Positions 1 to 9,164 of a DNA stretch of 64,000 nucleotides are shown here, one piece after another. Below the pieces are notes generated by a model that did no database searches, was not told where the DNA came from, and was given only the letters and a program-made list of their open reading frames with translations. Location: the NCBI GenBank assembly GCA_964411375.1, contig CAYPKR010000001.1, positions 40,227-104,226 of the forward strand, in the 5' to 3' direction. Both the position numbers and the translations under genes were made by a program. Origin of the DNA: an uncultured Candidatus Saccharibacteria bacterium (GTDB taxonomy: Bacteria > Patescibacteriota > Minisyncoccia > Phycocordibacterales > UBA12088). How positions within the stretch are numbered: the first letter of the stretch is position 1; every line of letters begins with the position of its first letter.

Positions 1-1591
1 GCCGCATGATGAAATATTTGTTGCCTGATTTTTTGGCACGCGCACGAAGCTCTTCAACCGATCCGATGACAACAACTTTTCCAGTAGCAGAATTTTTCCA
101 GATCGGAAGTGGTGATGCCCAGTAGCGATTGCGAGAAATTGTCCAATCAGGCGCTGACTCGACGATATGCTTGAACCGACCGCTCTTTAGATGATCCGGT
201 ACCCAATGGATTCCTTCGTTCAATTCAAGTAATCGATTTTTTACATCCTGCACATTGATGAACCATGACGGAATCGCGTTATAGATGAGCGGCGTATTAC
301 ACCGATAGCAATGCGGATATGAATGGGTTCGATTTTCGACACTGAAGAGAAAGTTTCGATCACTCAAATCTTTTTTAATGAATGCTTCGGCATCTTCACC
401 TTTCTGAACCGGACAAAAACCGCGCTGGTGCCATTTGAAATATTTCCCTTTGATCAAATCAGGTGCGTCCGTATTGAATGTGCCATTTGGATTTAGAAGT
501 TGCACCATCGGTAAATCTACTTTTTGTCCGAGTGCGAAGTCATCTTCACCGTACATAACTGCGGTATGCACAACGCCTGTTCCTTCGTCGGTCGAGACAA
601 AATCTGCCGCAACGACATAGTGCGATTTTCTTCCGCTCGATTGAATTTTTTCAATTGCAAAGAGTGGCTCGTATTCAAGACCGAGAAGATCACGTCCTGT
701 CCAATTTTCTTTTTCCTTGTATGAAATATCGCCAAGTGCAGACAGGCGCTCCTTCGCAAGAATTACCGTTTCTCCTGAATCAGAGAGAAGTGCCGACACA
801 TATGCGATATCATTTCCAACCGCAAGCGCCACGTTTCCTGGAAGTGTCCACGGGGTTGTTGTCCATGCGAGAATGAAAGTGTTTTCAGGAATATCGTTTC
901 CAGCAATTTTTTGTCCCGGTTTCAATTTGAATTTGACGACGACCGACTCTTCGGTGACATCTTCGTACGAATTGTCTTGTGCGATTTCTGCTTTAGCGAG
1001 CGGTGTTTCGTCGTGCGGACAATACATCAAAACCTTTCGTCCTTCGTACAATTTTCCTTTCTCGTAAATCTGCTTAAGTCCCCACCACACGCTTTCGATA
1101 AACGTGTTGTCCATCGTCTTGTACGAGTTGTCGAAATCAACAAAGCGCCCGACGCGATCGATGTAGTATTTCCAATCATGTACATATTCGAGCACGACTG
1201 ATCTTGCGGCTTCGTTAAATTTCTCGATTCCGATCGCTTCAATATCTTTCTTACTTTTGAGTCCGAGTTTTTTCTCGATCATGCTTTCAATCGGAAGTCC
1301 GTGGCAGTCCCATCCCCACCTGCGCTCCACATGGAAGCCCTGCATCGTTTTGTAACGTGGGATCACATCTTTGATGACCGAGGAAAGAAGACTTCCCGAA
1401 TGTGGGAGTCCGGTTGCAAATGGCGGGCCGTCATAAAAGACAAATTCGCCCTTCGGAGAGGGTTTCTCAAGAGATTTTTTGAAAATATTGTTGTCTTTCC
1501 AGAACTTTAGTATCGCCTCTTCGCGAAGCGCTGTCTCGGTTTTTTGCTGATTTTCTGGAGTTTTTCTATCGTCTTTTTTGGGTTCTGCCAT
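1..1591 (-). CDS. ileS: Isoleucyl-tRNA synthetase (IleRS2-type), 5' part; runs off the window
   Basis: Manual translation from ATG 1591: FYDGPPFATGLPHSGS, WGWDCHGLPIE, WTTTPWTLPGN, GTGVVHTA, HSYPHCYRC, PDWTISRNRYWASPLPIW. Not in the ORF track because no stop codon lies in the window. Confidence 0.95.
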   Translation of the reverse strand, partial: MAEPKKDDRKTPENQQKTETALREEAILKFWKDNNIFKKSLEKPSPKGEFVFYDGPPFATGLPHSGSLLSSVIKDVIPRYKTMQGFHVERRWGWDCHGLPIESMIEKKLGLKSKKDIEAIGIEKFNEAARSVVLEYVHDWKYYIDRVGRFVDFDNSYKTMDNTFIESVWWGLKQIYEKGKLYEGRKVLMYCPHDETPLAKAEIAQDNSYEDVTEESVVVKFKLKPGQKIAGNDIPENTFILAWTTTPWTLPGNVALAVGNDIAYVSALLSDSGETVILAKERLSALGDISYKEKENWTGRDLLGLEYEPLFAIEKIQSSGRKSHYVVAADFVSTDEGTGVVHTAVMYGEDDFALGQKVDLPMVQLLNPNGTFNTDAPDLIKGKYFKWHQRGFCPVQKGEDAEAFIKKDLSDRNFLFSVENRTHSYPHCYRCNTPLIYNAIPSWFINVQDVKNRLLELNEGIHWVPDHLKSGRFKHIVESAPDWTISRNRYWASPLPIWKNSATGKVVVIGSVEELRARAKKSGNKYFIMR

Positions 1592-1638
1592 AGGAAAATA
1601 TTACCGCGTGTTTTCCAAATATAGCATATAAAAAGCAA

Positions 1639-1662
1639 GCGGCGGATCCGAGGGTCCGCCGC
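1639..1662 (-). terminator. Intrinsic terminator-like hairpin
   Basis: GCGGCGGATCC-GA-GGGTCCGCCGC, with an A-run to the left (U-tract on the minus strand). Confidence 0.55.
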
Positions 1663-1669
1663 GATATTG

Positions 1670-1936
1670 CTAGTGCCTAGCCAGTGGCTGCACCGTGATT
1701 GGTCCCTGTCTAATCATCGATGGGAGCATGAATTCTGCAATGAGTGGTCCCGATCTCACATCTACACAATACTGTTTCTGGTGAACGTGACGCCCCAAAA
1801 ATGGTCCGCCAAACTCCGGACTATAGGAAATGACTGCCATGCAGCCGAGTGCGTGTATAGCCTCAAGCGACTCACGGGCTTTGTCCAAGTCTGTCGTCCA
1901 TACAACTCCAACCTCTCGGAGCAGGGCTGCGTGCAT
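1670..1936 (-). CDS. Hypothetical protein (88 aa)
   Basis: ORF preceded by GGAG and followed by a terminator hairpin; no motif recognised. Confidence 0.5.
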   Translation of the reverse strand: MHAALLREVGVVWTTDLDKARESLEAIHALGCMAVISYSPEFGGPFLGRHVHQKQYCVDVRSGPLIAEFMLPSMIRQGPITVQPLARH

Positions 1937-2008
1937 TCGGTGTCTCCAAGAAAAGAACTGCTCTTTTTTCGAGCATACCCCTGCCCTGACGGAGATACAA
2001 GGGGATAA

Positions 2009-3691
2009 TTACATTTTTTCCGACGTTTTGATGCCGAGAAGTTGGAGTCCGTTTTGCATTGTGATTTGGAACGCACGAGTTAGGGCAACTTTGTACGGCG
2101 AAGTGGAATCATCTTTGTTTACAATCTGCTCATTGGCGTACCAAGAGTTGAATGCGCCAGCGAGTTCGGTGAGATACGTCGTCAGGTAGTGTGGCTCATA
2201 TGCGGCAGCGGCCCGTTCAACTATTTCTGGGAAACGATAAAGAAGTCGCTCGAGAATAGAAATTTCCTTAGGTGATTCACCATCCACATCTTCCCCAACC
2301 CCCTCCTTTTTTGCTTTTTCAAGAACCGAAAGCGCGCGAGTGTGTGCATATTGGAGATACGGTCCCGAATCACCTTCAAGCGAAAGCGATTTCTCAGGAT
2401 CAAACACCATGTCCTTCCCTGACGATTGGCGAAGGATTGTATATTTGATCGCCGCAACCGCAACCATTTCTGCAATTTCTTCTTTATTAGAAAGTTCACG
2501 GCCTTCCATTTTCTCTCGCGCCGCCTGCTTCATATCTTCAATGAACGATTCCCCGGTTACGATATTCCCTTTTCTTGATGACATTTTGCCACCAGAGAGT
2601 TTCATAAATCCATGAGTGATATGTCGCGTCCGTTCAGCAAGTTTAGGGAATAGCTTTCGCATTGCAGAGAGAAGTACCTTGAAATATTCAGTGATTTCAT
2701 TTGCCGTTACCACAATCGAAAGGTCATAGTTCGTCTTTTCAAACTTTATCTTCGCAAGTCCAAGTTCTTTTGCTTCGTAGGTTGGAAGTCCTTGAGAATT
2801 TAAAAAGACGCGAGTATGAAGCCCTTCGTCTTCTCCTCGATACACAACCGCACCGTCACTTTTCTCGAACACACCTTTCCCCAGCCCTTCCTCGACAACG
2901 TTCTTTCCTATCGTTCCGGTTTCACTTTCAAAAAAGTATTCGTCAAACTTGGTACCGAGGATTTTATAAATTTCTTCGAATCGGTCAAGAGACGTTTGTC
3001 GTCCGATATCGTACAGAGTATTTACCTCTGCATCACTCCGTTCATAAATTATTTTATTGAGTGCATCAATTTCTTTTTTAACATTTTCGTCACTTTCATA
3101 GTGTTCATTACCAAACGCATACGCTTCTCCAATTTCTTTGATATTTTTTGGATCACTTTGTTTCTGTTGCATTCCCCAGATTGCTTTTGCAACATGCAGT
3201 CCAACATCACCTTGATAGTTGGCACGAGTAACTTCAGCGCCACTCGTTTCATAGAGTCGCGCAATTGATTCACCGATGATATTGGTCATCAAATGACCAA
3301 TATGAAATGGTTTGAATGGATTTGGGTCGGTGTATTCAACGGTGACTCGTTCTCCACTCCATGCTTTGTTTCTTCCCCATTCCTCTTTCTTCTCTAGAAT
3401 TTCTTTTGTTTCAGTAGTGAAGTGTTCCCTATTTAAATGAAAATTGATAAAGCCAGGACCAGCAACTTCAATTTTTTGAATCATCGAGTTCTCCGAAAAT
3501 GCAGCGATTATTTCTTCAGCAAGCGCGTGCGGGCTTTTCCCTGCAACTTTTGCGAGCGCGAGCGCTACATTTGATGAATAGTCGCCACGAGGAAGTTCGG
3601 CTGGATGTTCGAGAGGAATTGAATCGAAATCAGCCGACCAGAGATCGCCAAGCGCTGACTTGATACCCTTCCGTATTTCATCCTGAATCAT
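2009..3691 (-). CDS. argS: Arginyl-tRNA synthetase
   Basis: VEYTDPNPFKPFHIGH, KMSSRKG, GDSGPYLQYAHTR. Start moved to MIQDEIRK, which has TATACT 6 nt upstream. Confidence 0.97.
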   Translation of the reverse strand: MIQDEIRKGIKSALGDLWSADFDSIPLEHPAELPRGDYSSNVALALAKVAGKSPHALAEEIIAAFSENSMIQKIEVAGPGFINFHLNREHFTTETKEILEKKEEWGRNKAWSGERVTVEYTDPNPFKPFHIGHLMTNIIGESIARLYETSGAEVTRANYQGDVGLHVAKAIWGMQQKQSDPKNIKEIGEAYAFGNEHYESDENVKKEIDALNKIIYERSDAEVNTLYDIGRQTSLDRFEEIYKILGTKFDEYFFESETGTIGKNVVEEGLGKGVFEKSDGAVVYRGEDEGLHTRVFLNSQGLPTYEAKELGLAKIKFEKTNYDLSIVVTANEITEYFKVLLSAMRKLFPKLAERTRHITHGFMKLSGGKMSSRKGNIVTGESFIEDMKQAAREKMEGRELSNKEEIAEMVAVAAIKYTILRQSSGKDMVFDPEKSLSLEGDSGPYLQYAHTRALSVLEKAKKEGVGEDVDGESPKEISILERLLYRFPEIVERAAAAYEPHYLTTYLTELAGAFNSWYANEQIVNKDDSTSPYKVALTRAFQITMQNGLQLLGIKTSEKM

Positions 3692-3789
3692 ACGAGCAGT
3701 ATACGGATAAACTGCTTTTTTGACAGTGTTGCATAGTGGGGTCAAGGGCAGTACAGTTTCTTTTAGGACATGGCAAGCGGAGATGTGCC

Positions 3790-4185
3790 GTGCGCGTATT
3801 CTCCTTAGCACTACTCGCGATCCCAACCGTGTTTAACCCAAAGGGGTCCACACGCGAGAATCTCCCCGTCTATCCTCCACATTATTTGAAATTAGTGTGT
3901 GAGAATCCTGATAACTTCAGGACGGCGGTAGACAAATTTACCACAGAGGCAAAGAGGGGGGTTATTCTAGACATTGTTGACAACACACCGTCGGAGGGCT
4001 GTGTATTGCTTTCAAAAGCCGAATACGATGTTGATGGAAACCCCTTGAGAGATCCTGGGTTCAAGTTTACCTTGAAATTTGAAAAGGATGGGTCAGAGAT
4101 TATTTTCGAAACCGTTCCCGTCCTCATGCGTAAGCTATCGCCCGGATTTCTGCTCACCGTCATCTACGTTCAAGGCTCATCATGA
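3790..4185 (+). CDS. Hypothetical exported protein
   Basis: GTG start after GGAG; hydrophobic N-terminus; followed by hairpin 4199-4218. Confidence 0.55.
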   Translation: MRVFSLALLAIPTVFNPKGSTRENLPVYPPHYLKLVCENPDNFRTAVDKFTTEAKRGVILDIVDNTPSEGCVLLSKAEYDVDGNPLRDPGFKFTLKFEKDGSEIIFETVPVLMRKLSPGFLLTVIYVQGSS

Positions 4186-4198
4186 AGAACTCCGAGCT

Positions 4199-4218
4199 CC
4201 CGCGGTGCAAGCCGCGGG
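4199..4218 (+). terminator. Terminator-like hairpin, copy 1
   Basis: CCCGCGGT-GCAA-GCCGCGGG, then TATCCTTTT; 19/20 identical to 4678-4697. Confidence 0.6.
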
Positions 4219-4293
4219 TATCCTTTTGTCAGAAGTTGCTGACCGTGATCGGATGACGTAGAGTGCCGGTAGAGACCGTTGGGAGAATGTGTC

Positions 4294-4950
4294 GTGAAGC
4301 AACTGATGCTACTCGTTGGTGTCGCCTTGTTGATCGGCGGTTGTGCAGGAATGGAAACTCGTGATCCCCGACCCCTCATTCAACCGTTGGCAGAGCAAAA
4401 ATCGGAGATGATCACCATTTGTGATTCAAGGATGTCGATCATTGCAGCGGTTATCGACAAGAAAAAATCCGCGAATCCTGACCTTTCCGGCGGAGATTGT
4501 CGCGAGTATCTTCGGACACTGATCACCAACAAGAAATTTGATGCCTCAATCGGTATTCTCATTCCTAGCGAGCAGACAATAATGAGTGTCATCATTGGGA
4601 AAGTAACTCTCTCCGATGGAAAAGTTGGGTACGTACTTGCTTCGCTCGAGTTTTACATACCGAACCCCACCCGAAGTCCCGCGGCGCAAGCCGCGGGCAT
4701 TTTTTATACACCTGACTTAGACGAACTTCTCCGGAATTGGAAATTTCTTGCAGAGTTTTTGAATTTCTTTGTGAATTTCTGCTTTCTTCTTTTTGTTATC
4801 TTTATTTCGAAGCGTTTCAATTATAAGTTCTGCAATCCTGGCAGACTCTTTTTCTTTCATCCCGCGAGTGGTGATCGCTGGAGTCCCAAAACGAATGCCG
4901 GATGGATCCATAGGACCTCTCGGATCATCGGCAATTGCATTTTTATTTAG
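4294..4950 (+). CDS. Putative lipoprotein; the functional end is probably near 4674
   Basis: MKQLMLLVGVALLIGGC lipobox after GGGAG. The frame reads through a terminator hairpin into antisense glyA. Confidence 0.6.
   Translation: MKQLMLLVGVALLIGGCAGMETRDPRPLIQPLAEQKSEMITICDSRMSIIAAVIDKKKSANPDLSGGDCREYLRTLITNKKFDASIGILIPSEQTIMSVIIGKVTLSDGKVGYVLASLEFYIPNPTRSPAAQAAGIFYTPDLDELLRNWKFLAEFLNFFVNFCFLLFVIFISKRFNYKFCNPGRLFFFHPASGDRWSPKTNAGWIHRTSRIIGNCIFI
4678..4705 (+). terminator. Terminator hairpin, copy 2
   Basis: CCCGCGGC-GCAA-GCCGCGGG-CATTTTTT. Confidence 0.7.
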
Positions 4951-5991
4951 AGTAATACCAACTTCATCAAGAACATTTTGCGCATCTTTGCCGGTTACCC
5001 CAAGTGAAGAATACACGTCTGCGAGAATGAGATGATTATCGGTACCGCCCGCAAGCATTCTAATTTTTTCTCGCTTGAATACTTTTTCCATGGCTTTTGC
5101 ATTCTTCAAAATCTGTCTGGCGTACGTTTTGAATGAAGGTTTGAGCGCTTCACCAAAACACACTGCTTTTGCGGCAATCACGTTCATATGTGGACCTCCT
5201 TGAAGGCCAGGGAAAATTGCCTTATCAATCTTCTTTGCATACTCCGCATTTTCACGAACTAAGATCATTCCACCTCGTGGACCGCGAAGCGTCTTATGGG
5301 TCGTAGTCGTAATAATGTCGAATCCGTAGTCGAATGGATTTTTGACGGCTTTCCCTGCAATGAGTCCGGCAATGTGTGCCATGTCAGCAACGGTGATCGC
5401 ACCAACTTCCTTGGCAATCGCAACGAATTTTTTGTAATCGAGTTCGCGGGGATACGCAGAAAATCCGGCCAAGATAATTTTTGGTTTTTCTCGCTTCGCA
5501 ACGCGACGAAGTTCTTCATAGTCAATTTCTCCAGTATCAACATTTTTCATCTTGTAGGTAACAAAACGAAAAATCTTCGCAGGGAATGTCATCGGATGTC
5601 CATGCGTCAAATGCCCTCCATGTGAGAGATCCATGCCGAGTACTGTGTCTCCGGGATTAAGGAGTGCGGCGTACATTGCGAGATTTGCCGGAGCGCCGGA
5701 GAGTGGCTGAACGTTTGCAAATTTTGCATTAAATAATTTTTTGGCACGCTCTATTGCGAGTGTTTCAACCGCATCAGTAAATTCCTGTCCGCCATAGTAG
5801 CGATTGCCCGGATATCCTTCCGAATATTTATTGGTCATTGCGGAGCCCAATGCTTCGCGAACCGCATATGACACATAATTTTCAGATGGAATGAGTTCTA
5901 CCCCGTCTGCCTGTCGCTTCTCTTCGCCAATCAGTGCAGAGAAAACTTGTTTGTCTTGTTTTCCAACAAATGAATATTGTTTCTGATTCAT
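4717..5991 (-). CDS. glyA: Serine hydroxymethyltransferase
   Basis: LIPSENY, NKYSEGYPGNRYYGG, GGHLTHG, TTTTHKTLRGPRGG (PLP lysine). Confidence 0.98.
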   Translation of the reverse strand: MNQKQYSFVGKQDKQVFSALIGEEKRQADGVELIPSENYVSYAVREALGSAMTNKYSEGYPGNRYYGGQEFTDAVETLAIERAKKLFNAKFANVQPLSGAPANLAMYAALLNPGDTVLGMDLSHGGHLTHGHPMTFPAKIFRFVTYKMKNVDTGEIDYEELRRVAKREKPKIILAGFSAYPRELDYKKFVAIAKEVGAITVADMAHIAGLIAGKAVKNPFDYGFDIITTTTHKTLRGPRGGMILVRENAEYAKKIDKAIFPGLQGGPHMNVIAAKAVCFGEALKPSFKTYARQILKNAKAMEKVFKREKIRMLAGGTDNHLILADVYSSLGVTGKDAQNVLDEVGITLNKNAIADDPRGPMDPSGIRFGTPAITTRGMKEKESARIAELIIETLRNKDNKKKKAEIHKEIQKLCKKFPIPEKFV

Positions 5992-6044
5992 GATCGATTT
6001 CTAGTGTTCGGGTAATTCAGTTGTTGACTCGTCAGATCATAGGA

Positions 6045-7007
6045 TTATCCGTGAATTTTTTTATTATATCCCCCGATTACCGTTAGGTCACCTTTGATTG
6101 TTGGATGGGGCTCATACCCTTCAAGCTTCACCATTTCAGGACGGAATGTGTCGAGTGAATCGAAATCTTCAGTAAACGAAATTCGCGGAAATGCTTTTGG
6201 AGTGCGTGAAATTTGCTCCATTGCCTGCTCTTTGTGGTTTCCATATATATGCACGTCGCCAAAGGTATGGATAAACTCTCCCGGTTCGCGACCTAAGATT
6301 TTAGCAACGACCATAGTAAGAAGCGCATAACTTGCGATGTTGAACGGCACACCAAGAAAAATATCCGCGCTGCGTTGATAGAGCTGGAGACATACTTTGC
6401 CGTGTTTAATATTGAACTGAAACATGTTGTGACAAATCGGATAGCGCGCCGCTCTTCCAGGAGCCGCCATGCCGTAGAGATACTCAGGATTCCATGCGGA
6501 AAGTACCGTGTTGTGCGCAAACGGATCATTCTTGAGTTCATTTACAATCCATCCAAGCTGGTCGACTTTTCTGCCGTCAGATGCTGGCCACCGTCTCCAA
6601 AGTTCACCATAAATTTGTGGAAGCTCTCCGTGGAGTTTGGCAAATTCAGCATCTTCTTTTATTTTTTCAATAAATGCTTCCTGCGAAAGTTCGGGAACCT
6701 CTCCCTTCTCCATTTTTTCTTTGTAGTAGCGATATGGATATGCGTCCCAAATATGAACATCTCGGTCAACCAGATATTTGATATTGGTCTGCCCTGAAAG
6801 AAACCAATAGAGTTCTTCGATTACTCCCTTCCAGTAGACGCGCTTTGTCGTGAGAAGCGGAAATCCTTCGGACAAATCAAAGCGCATTTGTCTCCCAAAC
6901 AAACTGTACGTGTGTGCGCCAACTCCAGCATCAACCTGCTCTTCCCCTTTATCGAGGATTTCGCGAATGATGTCGAGATATTGTTCTTCAGGGTGGCGCG
7001 CGTTCAT
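6045..7007 (-). CDS. thyA: Thymidylate synthase
   Basis: FPLLTTKRV, PICH catalytic Cys, QRSADIFLGVPFNIASY, GDVHIY; start at MNARHPEEQY. Confidence 0.96.
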   Translation of the reverse strand: MNARHPEEQYLDIIREILDKGEEQVDAGVGAHTYSLFGRQMRFDLSEGFPLLTTKRVYWKGVIEELYWFLSGQTNIKYLVDRDVHIWDAYPYRYYKEKMEKGEVPELSQEAFIEKIKEDAEFAKLHGELPQIYGELWRRWPASDGRKVDQLGWIVNELKNDPFAHNTVLSAWNPEYLYGMAAPGRAARYPICHNMFQFNIKHGKVCLQLYQRSADIFLGVPFNIASYALLTMVVAKILGREPGEFIHTFGDVHIYGNHKEQAMEQISRTPKAFPRISFTEDFDSLDTFRPEMVKLEGYEPHPTIKGDLTVIGGYNKKIHG

Positions 7008-7008
7008 A

Positions 7009-7569
7009 TTATTTTTTCTTTCCTGGTCGCTTTTTTGCGGCAACAAAATTTTTGAAATTATCTTTTGAGTAGCGACCGGTGTCTTTGTAGCTTTGACGTG
7101 GCGGAGACGTGAGGCGAGCAAATGTTAACTGCGCAATCGCCATGTTTGGACGGAGAATAATCGGCACATTATTGAGATTACAAAGCTCAAGTGCGACATT
7201 CAAAAAATGTCCGGGGTTAATCAGCGCGGCAGAATTGTGCACAAGCAGTCCGATTCGTGCGAGTGATGATTTTCCATTTACTTCGATCAGATACTCATCG
7301 CTTCCAAAAAAATCTTTCGAGTAGCCGAGGATTGAAACGCCTGGATGCAGGACGAAAATATCATCGTTACCAATTTTGATTTCTTTTGTCTTTGGAAAAA
7401 TCTTTTTAACTGGATCAATGAAGGTCGACGAGTGCGCATCGTTTACGAAAAAAGTATTACCGAGAAGAATGTCATAGCTCGCCGGCTGTAAACGTTTTTC
7501 ATCAAACGGCTTCAGTACGATTCCGCCGGCGGAAACTGCTTTTTTAATATCGACATCAGAAAGAATCAT
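7009..7569 (-). CDS. dcd: dCTP deaminase
   Basis: MILSDVDI, LQPASYD, GKSSLARIGL, NPG, LELCN, IAQL. Confidence 0.92.
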   Translation of the reverse strand: MILSDVDIKKAVSAGGIVLKPFDEKRLQPASYDILLGNTFFVNDAHSSTFIDPVKKIFPKTKEIKIGNDDIFVLHPGVSILGYSKDFFGSDEYLIEVNGKSSLARIGLLVHNSAALINPGHFLNVALELCNLNNVPIILRPNMAIAQLTFARLTSPPRQSYKDTGRYSKDNFKNFVAAKKRPGKKK

Positions 7570-7587
7570 AGGAAGACTGGTTATCTA

Positions 7588-8259
7588 TTATTGAACGGTA
7601 AATACTTTTTCTGTCCCGTAATAATCTGGCCAATTGTTGTTATAAAACTGAAACATTCGTTCCAATCGATCCTGCGGAAGCTCCACGACTCCCATTTCGT
7701 CCATAATGGAACGAAGATCCTTTTTGGTTTGCTCCGCCTTCGACTGATCGTCAATCATTCGCTCGAATTCCGCTAAATACCCGTAGCCTGCATTTTTATC
7801 GATACATACTGTTACGTCCTTGAACACGTATTCTTCGCGATCGCGCGACCATTTTGCTTGGTAGCGAAATCCGGCGGAAAGAATTTTTGCGTCCAACTCG
7901 TCGAGCGAGAGCGGGACTTGCTCTTCAAACTCAATACGTGCGGTACCATTTTCGCTTGTCGTATCATCGATTGTCGCTTTTATGATGAAGAGCACTCGGT
8001 GATCGCGGTCTGCGGTTCTGATTGAATACGATTTGGCGTATGAAACGATATTTTCAAGTTTTTTCTGCTGCTCTTCGTTCAAAACATTCTTGAAAACTCC
8101 CGGCAGATTAAGAATGTCGCCTTCTTCGAAGTAGTGATTTTTTTGGGATGTTTTCTTCGGCGCTACTTCAGGATCACGAAGATGTAACCTTTTCCGAAGC
8201 TCTTCCGCCTTGTACTGATCGTCAAGCAGGCTTTTTATCTCGATTTCGTAGGAATGCAT
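7588..8259 (-). CDS. CYTH (triphosphate tunnel metalloenzyme) domain protein
   Basis: N-terminal EIEIK, RIEFE, REEY, CIDKNAGYGYLAEFE; TATAAT just upstream of MHSYEIEIK. Confidence 0.8.
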   Translation of the reverse strand: MHSYEIEIKSLLDDQYKAEELRKRLHLRDPEVAPKKTSQKNHYFEEGDILNLPGVFKNVLNEEQQKKLENIVSYAKSYSIRTADRDHRVLFIIKATIDDTTSENGTARIEFEEQVPLSLDELDAKILSAGFRYQAKWSRDREEYVFKDVTVCIDKNAGYGYLAEFERMIDDQSKAEQTKKDLRSIMDEMGVVELPQDRLERMFQFYNNNWPDYYGTEKVFTVQ

Positions 8260-8335
8260 TCCGGCAATTATACCCTGGGGCAGTGTCCGCAAAAAAGGAT
8301 TGCCTTCTTTCTGTTTCGTGGCGTAATCAAACCAG

Positions 8336-8364
8336 TTGCAGATATATAGACTTGTGATTAGATT
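8336..8364 (+). promoter_or_regulatory. Sigma70-type promoter of the downstream ncRNA
   Basis: TTGCAG-17 nt-TAGATT, 6-7 nt before the RNA stem. Confidence 0.6.
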
Positions 8365-8370
8365 CAAAAC

Positions 8371-8527
8371 AGCGAGGTCAGTAATCGGACTGCTTGAGGG
8401 TGGGCAAACCTGTGTCCGACCCACGGGACTAATCGAAAGTAGGGTGCCAAGGTCCTACTGAATCCGGTGAATGGGGGTGTTCAACGAATGCGACCCTTGG
8501 TCCAACATGTTGACCCACACCTCGCCA
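8371..8527 (+). ncRNA. ssrS: Probable 6S RNA
   Basis: Rod-like fold: GCGAGGT/ACCTCGC, GGACT/GGTCC, GAGGGT/ACCCTT, a central bubble, apical GTAGGG/TCCTAC; own promoter and terminator. Confidence 0.6.
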
Positions 8528-8535
8528 CTTTTAGG

Positions 8536-8560
8536 AAGGCCTTCGGGCCTTTTTCTTTTT
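8536..8560 (+). terminator. Intrinsic terminator
   Basis: AAGGCC-TTCG-GGCCTT-TTTCTTTT. Confidence 0.8.
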
Positions 8561-8588
8561 GATAGCGTGAAAATGCTACAATCCCTGT

Positions 8589-9110
8589 ATGGAAAAATGG
8601 AATGGAAAAGTCTGCATTACTGTTGGACTCGGCAAAAATGGCGCTAACAATAACGCGATCGGAAAAGATGGCGGCCTTTTGTGGCATATTCCAGATGATC
8701 TGAAGCGATTCAAGGCGCTTACCCTCGGGCACCCGATCATCATGGGGCGGAAAACCTTTGAATCGATTGTAAAAATGATTGGCAAACCGCTTCCGGGACG
8801 CACGAATATTGTCGTCACGAGAGATCCGGTCTGGGCATACGACGACGTCGCGGTGTTTCATTCGATCGAATCAGCACTTGAATATGCAAAAACGCTCGAC
8901 GATGTGGAAGTTCATATCGGCGGAGGGGGTGAAGTATATAAAGCAGCACTTCCCTACACGGACAAGCTCTATCTCACATTAATCGACGGAGAAAAAGAAG
9001 CGGATTCTTTTTTCCCAGAATATGAAAAAGAATTTACGAAGAAAACATTCGAGGAGGAGCATGAATTTGATGGACTTAAATATCGGTTTGTAAATCTGGA
9101 ACGGGAATAA
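8589..9110 (+). CDS. folA: Dihydrofolate reductase
   Basis: IGKDGGLLWHIPDDLKRFK, IMGRKTFESI, PLPGRTNIV, IGGGGEVY, DSFFP. Confidence 0.96.
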   Translation: MEKWNGKVCITVGLGKNGANNNAIGKDGGLLWHIPDDLKRFKALTLGHPIIMGRKTFESIVKMIGKPLPGRTNIVVTRDPVWAYDDVAVFHSIESALEYAKTLDDVEVHIGGGGEVYKAALPYTDKLYLTLIDGEKEADSFFPEYEKEFTKKTFEEEHEFDGLKYRFVNLERE

Positions 9111-9164
9111 AAAAAGAGCGCGACTCCTGCGGTACACAGGTGTCGCGACTCACGATGCAAGATT

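Noticed and set aside
4199-4705. Integron attC sites
   Set aside because: Too short, no RYYYAAC/GTTRRRY ends, and no integron integrase in the window
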